A DNA stretch of 19,758 bases from Geosiphon pyriformis uo1 (Eukaryota; Fungi; Glomeromycota), in NCBI GenBank assembly GCA_016748015.1, contig JAAOMT010000120.1, positions 1 to 19,758 on the forward strand, written 5' to 3'. The notes under the pieces are model-generated. The model was not told the DNA's origin. It did no database searches and saw only the letters and a program-made list of their open reading frames with translations. Position 1 is the first letter of the stretch; each line of letters starts with the position of its first letter. This document shows positions 11,664 to 19,758 of the stretch, one piece after another. A program made the translations under genes and the position numbers.

Positions 11664-13070
11664 TAATATGCATATTGATTTTTTAACAAAACACTTTAAA
11701 AAAACAAAATAATTTAAAAATTTTTTAGCAAAATATTATTGGCCAATTTTAAAAAAAGATATAACAAAATACATTAAAATTTGCAATATCTGTTAATAAA
11801 AAGATAAATTTAATTAAAAAGAAAACATTTATTTTATATTTATTGGCCAATTTTTTGACAAAATTAGAATCAATATTATTAAATTCTTAAGAGTAATATT
11901 TAATAACAACAAATATATAATAATAGCAACAAATTATCTAATAAAATAGATAAAAATTAATATAACTTTAGATTAAACAGCTGTTTTAATAGCTAATTTT
12001 ATATATAAAAAAATTATATATAAACATAAATATTTTTAAAAACTATTTTTTAATAAAAAATAAGCTTTTATTTAACTTATTAATAAAAAAACTTTTAAAA
12101 AAATTTGCAATATATCACAAACTTTTTTTTATTATTATTTACAAATTAATAAATTAGTAAAATATTTCAACCAACATTTTGTAAAACACTAGTAAAAACC
12201 AGTAAAAAAACAAACTTATAAGACAAAGTTTTATTTCTAATATTTTTTGTTTATAGAACAATAAATTATAATTATTTATAAATTTTTTTACTTATTTTAT
12301 GAATACATGACAATATTATTTATTAAAACTGATATTGAAACAATATTCTTTAAAAAAATAACTAAATTTAATTACAAAAACATTTTGCAATAAAAACTTA
12401 AAACAATATTAAATATTTTAATAAAAGCACAAATAATTGCTTATAATAAAATAAAAAAATAAAACACTTTCTTTAAAATGTTAATAACTTAGTTTTTAAA
12501 TACAAATTTAATTAAAACAATATTTTTGGCAATAAATTCTTAAGCTAATAGAAAGTATTATTTATAATTAATAAAATTTTAAATAACAGATTTATATTTT
12601 GCAAAACCAATATAAAACAATATTTAATATTTAACTTATTTATAATACAAAAATCAAAAAATATTACAAAAAACTTAATTGGTTATCAATTATTATAATA
12701 TTTACAATATTTATTAATAAAATACTAAAACCAAAATAAAAAAATTTTTTTAATTCTAAAACATATGTATTTTTAGTTAACATAAAAAAATATTTCTTTG
12801 ATTAAAATATTTAAAACATCTTTTTTACAATTTATAAATATTAAATATAAAACTATTCTAATATTTTACTTATTATTAAAAAACAAATAATAATTAAAAA
12901 CAAAATTAGAGTATATTTTATTAATAATTCATAAAAAACTGTTATAAAAAAACAAAAAATTGGCAGCAAAATAAAGAAATATATACTTAAATATATAACT
13001 GCCAAAATTTTTGCTCTTTTCAACACAATTAAAAGAACAATAAAAAAAATATTGTCTATAAACAGAAAAT

Positions 13071-13828
13071 TGTCATATAAAAAACAATTTAAATATTATA
13101 AAAACCTTGGTAAAAGTATTAAAAATATAAAATTTTTAAAGAAAACAACTTCAAAAATTCAGATAAAAATTTTAAACATTATATATTTAAATATTTTAGA
13201 AGTTTTGACTATTATAAAAAAAGCCAAAATACTTGTACAAAAGTTTGATTTCTTGGACTTAAAACTACTAATATTATTAATTAGTCATCTTATTTTTAGA
13301 ATAAGTTGTTAATAATTATTAACTTAATTAATAATATAATTATTGACCAAATTACTAATATAATTATTAATTTAATTATTAATTTTTTTAATAGTATATA
13401 AATAAGATTTTTTAAAGTTATAAAAAAGTATTTACACTAGAATTTACACTTAAATTAATATAATAATATTAATTTTTTTTTTTTATTATTTTTATTTTTT
13501 TAATTTGTTTAATTATTAGTTTTTAAGAAGTATATTGAATAAATATTTACTAAAAAGTACAATTAATACCGGATATTTAATTTTAAAAGTGTTATATAAG
13601 ACATAAAATTATATTAATGTATTATTATAGATTATCTTTCTACTTTCAGATTTTTTTTTATTTTTTGAAAAAAATAGTGATTGAAATATTTATAAAACTA
13701 ATCTTGTATATTGAATTTTTACTAATGTAATTTACTTATTAAAATTAAATTACTCTTTTTATTAATTTTATTGTTATATAATACTGTTTTTTCTTGCTAT
13801 TTATTAATTTATTAATTAAATTATAATA
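13071..13828 (+). repeat. 3' LTR of the outer Gypsy element
   Basis: 13264-13828 aligns to 1433-2063. The start at 13071 is inferred from TGTCATA after a purine-rich run, matching a TATRACA end. It is not confirmed by alignment. Confidence 0.75.
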
Positions 13829-16620
13829 ATATTAACAACTTAATTTAATTTGTGTTAATTTAGAAAAATTCAAATATATTGATAATATTATATAATATTT
13901 ATAATATAAAATATAAATTAACATATAAACTGAAAATACTTATTTATAAAAAAAATTTATTTTATTATAATTAATATAAATAAGTCAAATAATTTTATTA
14001 AATACAATAAATGATAAATTACCAGTTATCTATAATAAAAGACCAGATTAATTATTAATTTTTCTAAAAAATTAGATTTATTTATTTTAAAAAATAAATT
14101 TTATTATAATAATTGATTTATTATTATTTTTAAACATTTATCTTGAATTATTTTGAGTTGGTACAATTATGTTTTGTTAATATTAAAAATTAAATTATTA
14201 AGTTAAACAGTTAGTATATATTATTTTAAAAAAAACAATGTTTTTATATTTTTAACATATTATATGAAAATATTATATGTTTGTTAATATATAATCCTAT
14301 TAATATTAAAATTTGCAAATAAAAATTATATTTTTATAAAATTATTATTAAATAATTGATTTTTTATTTTTATTTGCTAAAATTTTCAAAGTTATTATAT
14401 TAATAGCTGTTATTTTTTTTATTTACAAGTTTTTTTACTATTGTTGTTTTGCTGATTACTGTTATTTTTCTTTTATTTAGAAGTTTTTTTATTGTTATTG
14501 CTTTGTTGATTATTATTGTTTTTCTTAATTTTTTTTCTTGTTATTATTATCTTACTAATTATTATTATTATTTTCTTATTTATAATTTTTATTCTTGCTT
14601 TTTCTGTCTTATTAGTTATTATTATTTTTCTTTTTATTTTAAAGTTTTTTTATTGTTGTTGTTGTTTTGTTGGTTATTATTGTTTTTTTCTTTATTTTCA
14701 AGTTTTTTTTGTTATTATTATTTTACATATTACTGTTGGTTTTCTTTTTGTTTTTAGGTTTTTTTTCTTGTATTTACTATTATAATAGATATTATACTTA
14801 TTTTTTTAATTATTAAAAATATTATTGTTCTCTTTAATCATTTTTTTATCTTTTAAATTTCTTGTTTTTATTTATTTGTAAAATTGAATTATTTTTAAAA
14901 TTTATTTTTGAATAAAAATTTAAAATTACCAATTTTTTTAATTTTGTTTAATATTCAAATTCTTAACTAGTAATATAAGCTAGTATCTTTTTAAATTAGA
15001 ATTAAACCTTTTTTTTTGATTTTTTATAAAGTTTTAATTATTAGAAAATTCGGATTTATATCACAATAAAGATTTAAAAAGATTTTATATAATATAATAT
15101 TATTAATGTATTTTTAAAAACCGTTTTTTCTAAAATGTTTTTTATTATAATAATAATTTTTTTTTATTTTTAAAATAAATTAATATTAGCTTTATAATTA
15201 TAAATGTTATATTTCTTTAAAAAATCTTTTTTAATAAATAGAACTTAATTTGGATTTGTTATTGTTTTGGTTATAAATTAGCAAAAAAAACTCTTTACTA
15301 TTAATTTTTTTAGACATTATATAAATTACAAGAGTTATAAAACAAAGTTATTTAGAAATTAAGACTTAAAATTTGCTTAAAAGTAATATTTAATTAATAA
15401 AAACCATGCAAATATGTTAGTAAAAATAAAAAAACAGAAAATTTTCAAGTAAAATATATAATTTTAGAATGGCTGTATTTTTAATTAGTTAAATAGGCTT
15501 TTATATTTGAAATAAAATTTAGTTAAGTTAGTATGAAAGTTTTAAATATATGTTAATACTTAATTAAAACAAAACTTATTGTATTAATATTAAATATAAT
15601 TTTGCTATTTAAAAATTTTAACAATACAAAATATAATTTTTATTTATTAGATAGCTAATAATAATATATATATATGTTAAAAAATTATGAAATCAATTTA
15701 TAAATACAATACTTTAGAAAATAATTCTTTATAAAAATATTTTTTGTCTTGGTTAAAAATACAAGTTAATTTAATTGTTAAATATTAATAATAATAAAAA
15801 AAATTAAATAACTAAATAAAAATAAAAATAAAAAAGACAAAGAATTTTTGTGTAAAATGTCTTTTTTAGTTAAACATTTACTTGTGTTTAAAATTAATCC
15901 AAAACAGTACATAACTAGCTAATATTATAATATATACAAAAAAATAGAAAAAAATTATTGTATATAAAGTTTTTTTTTGAATCAAGACACAAATAAGATA
16001 TTTTTTTATACCAAATAATATCATTTAATATAATCTTGTGTCTTAATAAAAAAAATTTAATCAAAGCTGTATAATTTTTTAAATCAAAAACATTTTTTTG
16101 TATTCCTAATTAATTCGACCTAAATTCTCATTTTAACATGCCAAAATTGTATCACGTTTGTAATTAAACACTTAAAAAACACAATTAGCTAATAATATTA
16201 TAAGATATGTAAAGAGAATAAAAAAATCCAATGAATTTTCTTTTTAATGTCTTCTTTAGATTTAGGTGTAAATCAAACATTCTTTTATATTACAAATTAT
16301 ATAATTTTATGCAGATTTCTCTGTTTTTATGTTTTGATAAGATAAAAACTATGTTTTCTTCATAATAAAGTGCATGAAAACTTAGCTAAAAAGTATACTT
16401 AATTAAGAAAATTTAGACAAAACAGCAAAACATTATTCAGTAAATAATGTTTTTAACAAGCAGTTTTATTATAAATTATTCTTTATCTTTAATTTTGGGC
16501 TGTAAAACTTATAAATCTGAAAATACAAAAATTTGTTCCTTATAAAAAATAGCTAAAAATATATTAAAATAAATTTCTAATAATGTAATTACTCAATATA
16601 TTTATTTTTTTAAATAACAG

Positions 16621-16946
16621 AATAAATTTAAAACTGCATTAAATCTATATAAAAAGAAATACTTTTTCTTTTCAAAATTTCTATCTGATATCTTGATTCT
16701 TAAAAATTGCTTAATTAGCACTTATAAAAAACGTCTTATTAATTAAACAAATAATCTAAACAATTTCAACAATACTTTTAACAAACTTGTAGATTTTGCT
16801 TAAAACAATAATAAATACATTGCAACTAATAAGATTTTTACAAGACTTATTATTTTTACCAATAAATCTAATATCAAAACATCTATATATTACTCAAAAA
16901 TCAAGTTAAATTCAACAAATCAAAATTTAAATTGGCATATTAAATA
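16621..16946 (+). pseudogene. Probable decayed exon of an unknown gene
   Basis: Follows an acceptor-like tttttttaaataacag. About 108 codons with only two internal stops (NKFKTALNLYKKKYFF...NLNWHIK*), which is unusual at this AT content. Confidence 0.4.
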
Positions 16947-16990
16947 ATTTTCAATTATGAAAAACTCTTAATTTTAGTTTTATTATTTTA

Positions 16991-17548
16991 ATGTTTTTTT
17001 AATTTTTAAATCATATATTTAGGAGTAGTTAAGCTAAAAATTCAAAAAAACACTACATAAATTGATCTCAAAAAGGATAATCTTTCAACAAAATCACAAG
17101 ATATACAGACAAATAGAAAAAACATAAAAGATTTTTATATAAAGAATAGACACTCAAAAAAGCATTTTCCCATCTAACCATTACTATTTGTAAATTTCTT
17201 GTTTCTTAGCCACTTATTGATGATGAGAAGATTAATTTTAATTTTTTAAATTCATATAGAAGTTTTATTATGAGCTAAAATTAAAAAACGAGTCACAGAA
17301 ATCAAAAATCTAACTAAAAAAACAAAATGCTTTGGTTAGAAATTAGATACTTCAAAAAAATAAGAAAAAGTTATTAAGCAATAATAATGAGTTAATGAAA
17401 GAAATTAAACAGTTAAAGAAGCAGATTCTATCAAAAAGACCAAATAAAAAAAGTAAGGTTGATATGATAATTTTATTATTAAATACAAAAAATACAATGT
17501 TTCATTATTAAATAAAAGGTTGCTACTCAAAGACAATAACATAAATGA
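16991..17548. repeat. Right arm of the long inverted repeat (pairs with 1-558)
   Basis: For example 17505-17548 attattaaataaaaggttgctactcaaagacaataacataaatga is the reverse complement of the first bases of the window. The outer limit is set by the window edge, not by loss of similarity. Confidence 0.97.
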
Positions 17549-18169
17549 TGAAGAGTTGCTACCTGAAAACAATAGCATGAGTAATAAAAGATTGCAACAC
17601 GAAAACAATAGCATAAACTATAAACTTCTTAGTGTAGCTTTTTCAATCCCAAAGAAATCAAAGAATTCAATTCTATTAATTTCATAAATTTTAATTGGGT
17701 CAGACAAATATAAAGACTTAAAGAGAATTTGGATGGTGGTTTATATAATCATAAAAAAAATATTAAGAGTATCAATAAATATATTCATGTTCTTCAGAAT
17801 GGCTCCACAAATTATGCTGTACTAATAACTATATCCAATTCAACTATGTTAAATTTCATCAAAGAATTCAATAAACTGTATGCTACTTGGATTCAGATTG
17901 ATCAAATGACCCAAAAACACGAAGAAGAAGCCAAGACAGTTCATTTGTATAGTCATTTACAATTATCAAAAGTTCTTAACCACATACTTCTATTAATACC
18001 CGCAAACTAGAATTCAACTCAAACACATCAAATTGTTAAAAATATGCCAAAAATACAAGTGGAGCCAAATGTGAAAACAATTGGGTCGAAAGAAAAAAAC
18101 AAACTGAAAGTTATTTTGGCGATTCTCAAAATAATGGATGATTATTTTCATATAACTGCCACATGTTAA
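17013..18169 (+). pseudogene. Decayed intron-containing gene of unknown family (includes ORF 17729-18010)
   Basis: Acceptor-like sites (atatttag|17013, tcatatag). A coiled-coil-like and basic stretch LLSNNNELMKEIKQLKKQILSKRPNKKSK and a 12-aa repeat. The frame of ORF 17729 continues ~50 codons past a single TAG at 18008-18010 to 18169. Confidence 0.55.
17520..17624 (+). repeat. 36-bp tandem repeat x3 (codon-phased, 12 aa)
   Basis: ttgctactcaaagacaataacataaatgatgaagag / ttgctacctgaaaacaatagcatgagtaataaaaga / ttgcaacacgaaaacaatagcataaactataaa encode LLLKDNNINDEE / LLPENNSMSNKR / LQHENNSINYK. Confidence 0.85.
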
Positions 18170-18546
18170 TTTCTCGATTTCTAGGTGCAAAAAATCTAAG
18201 AAACAAATAAGTTATTATTTATTTATGTTAAGGAGTAAATTTGAGCAGGGATTTTCTCAAGCAATCCCAAAAAAGTATGAAGGGATTTTTAACCAAACCT
18301 TGACACAATATGGTATTTCCATTTGTTAACATTATTATTATTCTTTATACTTTTTGTCCAAATTATGTACAATTTTGTCTAGACTTTATCTATTCTAAGA
18401 CAAGAATGTTATATATGGCTTCATTTATGTGTTATACAGAGGGTGTCCAAAAGTTTCAGAAAAAACTTTGGAGTAACATTCCACATGCTTGAATAATTAG
18501 AAAAGCACGAGTTTATTACTAAATTAAGTTAGTTAATTATTAAATT

Positions 18547-18650
18547 ACGCGTTTTTTATTTTTTAAACACGCGTGTATAATGTTTTTTCGCGACGCGCAT
18601 AATCGATTTTATTCATACGCGTTTTTTAATAAAAATAAAATGTAACGCGC
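18547..18650. promoter_or_regulatory. CGCG-rich putative transposase promoter (ACGCG cluster)
   Basis: ACGCGT at 18547, 18569 and 18617, ACGCGC at 18593 and 18645, and TCGCGA at 18588, all 35-140 nt upstream of ATG 18686. The function is inferred. Confidence 0.5.
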
Positions 18651-18685
18651 ATATAAGATTTTTTCGTCGTTTTTATTAAAACGAA

Positions 18686-18934
18686 ATGGGAGCAGAAAAA
18701 GAATTAACGATTGCTCAACGTAATACTATATGCTTATTACAACAGCATGGCAAGAAATATCGTGATATTGCCAACATAGTCAATTGCAGCTTGACAACAG
18801 TTTCGGATACAATAAAACGATTTAAAGAAACTGGTTCAATTGATTCAAGACCTCGTTCAGGACGTCCACGTTTATTTACTCACCAAAAATATTACCGACT
18901 TAAACGTTTAGTAACACTTAATGGAAAAATTTAG
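18686..18934 (+). CDS. Truncated Tc1-family transposase: N-terminal HTH DNA-binding region only
   Basis: ELTIAQRNTICLLQQHGKKYRDIANIVNCSLTTVSDTIKRFKETGSIDSRPRSGRPR is a paired-like HTH followed by the GRPR motif. No DDE domain lies before the right TIR. Confidence 0.9.
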   Translation: MGAEKELTIAQRNTICLLQQHGKKYRDIANIVNCSLTTVSDTIKRFKETGSIDSRPRSGRPRLFTHQKYYRLKRLVTLNGKI

Positions 18935-19167
18935 AAAATTACTATAAAATTATAAATATGTTGTTTATTTTGTTTTATTTTATAAAAAAATAAATATTAT
19001 TGTTAATTAAAATCTTGTTCGGAAACTTTTGGACACCCTCTGTATAATGAAAGTGCTATACTTGATAATAAATATTAAGTAGACAATCTAATGTTAATTG
19101 AGCGTAGTCCCTCTTAAAATTCGAGAACTAATAATCTCGCTAAATGACAGAATTTTCAAGATAAAAT

Positions 19168-19758
19168 TTATCTAAATGGAGACTTGCTTGTTTCCGATAT
19201 GAATTCAATTAATTTATCGGAATGTGTATTGCTTGGATTTGATTTTAGAATCACATCTATTTCCGCAATTTTTTTCATCTCTATCATAATCAAAGACTGA
19301 GTATATAATTGAAATTGATAAGTTAAACTTTCAAGGGGAAAATTAATAAATTAAATATATAATAAACAGTAATCACCTTCAAATTCCAGCACATTTCAAT
19401 TGCAGTAAACAAATCTGAGAGGTACTTCTCGTGTATCCTTGTTGGGACGGGGAAAAAAAACAATTCCTTGCAAACATATACTTGATAGTATGGTTGATCT
19501 AGACACCAGATGTCGATATTACCGCCTTAATATTAAATGAACAAATTAATATCTTTTTTATAATTAAAAAAAAACTTGAAGATTACCGTAAAAAAATATT
19601 CCGAAAACTTTAAAAGTACGTGCGATGTCGAAAATTTGTTGGTTAATATGACCATTTTTGATGAGTTCTTTAATGCGACCATCAAAAATGTCCTTGAGCA
19701 TGCGAGCTAATTTGAAACGATCCATTTGATATTTTTTTGGATCTACAAGTGTGGGTTT
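19168..19758 (-). CDS. 3' part of an intact spliced gene (exons >19758-19587, 19525-19377, 19296-19168); resembles the C-terminal half of the PD-(D/E)xK/REase-fold domain common in Mucoromycota/Glomeromycota Crinkler-like proteins
   Basis: Two GT-AG introns (19586-19526, 61 nt; 19376-19297, 80 nt) join a stop-free frame: KPTLVDPKKYQMDRFKLARMLKDIFDGRIKELIKNGHINQQIFDIARTFKVFGIFFYG/GNIDIWCLDQPYYQVYVCKELFFFPVPTRIHEKYLSDLFTAIEMCWNLK/SLIMIEMKKIAEIDVILKSNPSNTHSDKLIEFISETSKSPFR*. The family call comes from the recalled motif pattern (K..D..KL.R.LKD..D, V.G...G, LD....Y) and is less certain than the gene model. Confidence 0.85.

Larger units (their letters stand above)
10330..12620 (+). pseudogene. 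pol: Integrase remnant (HHCC, core and GPY/F-like region), interrupted by the Tc1 element at 10455-11663
   Basis: YNMH...KHF...YYWP...KYIKICNIC (~11666-11792). GQFFDKIRINIIKFL...NKYIIIATNYLIK* (~11845-11950) is decayed IGIDIVGPL...ATDYLTKW. YYLQINKLVKYFNQ (~12133-12175) is decayed YHPQTNGLVERFNQ. DKVLFLIFFVYRT follows. Confidence 0.88.
1433..13828 (+). mobile_element. Degenerate Ty3/Gypsy LTR retrotransposon (outer element) with two nested insertions
   Basis: Direct repeats at both ends, a decayed PBS after the 5' repeat, and remnants in Gypsy order gag-PR-RT-RH-IN on the + strand. Confidence 0.88.
18437..19042 (+). mobile_element. Internally deleted non-autonomous Tc1/mariner element (606 bp)
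   Basis: Perfect 21-bp TIR CAGAGGGTGTCCAAAAGTTTC (18437-18457 / 19022-19042; 24/25 when extended). TA target-site duplication at 18435-36 and 19043-44. Confidence 0.96.

Noticed and set aside
13052-13312. 86-aa ORF
   Set aside because: Overlaps the 3' LTR, has a non-ATG start and shows no recognisable motif.
13848-13926. Short inverted repeat (tgtgttaattt...aaattaacata); a similar palindrome lies at ~2368-2399
   Set aside because: Short, almost pure A/T stems are expected by chance at this composition; no TSD.
14449-14785. Two overlapping hydrophobic ORFs that look like membrane proteins
   Set aside because: They arise from T-rich (ttg/tta)n low-complexity sequence, probably the antisense of a decayed N/K/Q-rich coding stretch that I could not assign.
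1-17548. Polinton/Maverick call based on size and long IRs
   Set aside because: No pPolB, ATPase, capsid or cysteine-protease remnants were recognised. The integrase sits in Gypsy pol order, and the IR ends are not visible.
17405-17614. 69-aa minus-strand ORF
   Set aside because: Antisense shadow of the + strand pseudogene and its 36-bp repeat.
18421-18430. tcatttatgt identical to bases 1-10
   Set aside because: A 10-bp AT-rich match that does not extend; expected by chance.
18310-18492. 60-aa ORF
   Set aside because: Runs across the transposon's left TIR junction; a chance chimera.
1-19758. Organellar, endosymbiont or alternative-genetic-code DNA as the explanation for the AT richness and stops
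   Set aside because: Stops and substitutions hit catalytic motifs as transitions, and spliceosomal introns with an intact standard-code gene are present.

Overview
Eukaryotic, very AT-rich DNA. It is most likely fungal and Glomeromycota-like, inferred from the short AT-rich GT-AG introns and recalled protein similarity. Most of the window is a graveyard of nested transposons destroyed by near-saturating C->T/G->A transitions on both strands, so nearly all ORFs in the supplied track are artefacts. An outer Ty3/Gypsy LTR retrotransposon (~1433-13828, +) retains gag with a zinc knuckle, protease, RT, RNase H and integrase remnants. It contains a second Gypsy element with only gag and protease (4866-~9557) and a decayed DD34E Tc1 transposon (10455-11663, -) inserted at a TA in the integrase. 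The whole nest is bracketed by a much younger, ~98% identical inverted repeat (1-558 / 16991-17548) that runs off the left edge. The right arm of that repeat lies inside a decayed intron-containing gene. The right end of the window is much less mutated. It holds a 606-bp internally deleted Tc1/mariner element (18437-19042) with an intact HTH-only ORF and a cluster of ACGCG motifs. It also holds the 3' part of an intact spliced minus-strand gene (19168->19758) that the ORF track misses. All alignments and translations were done by eye.
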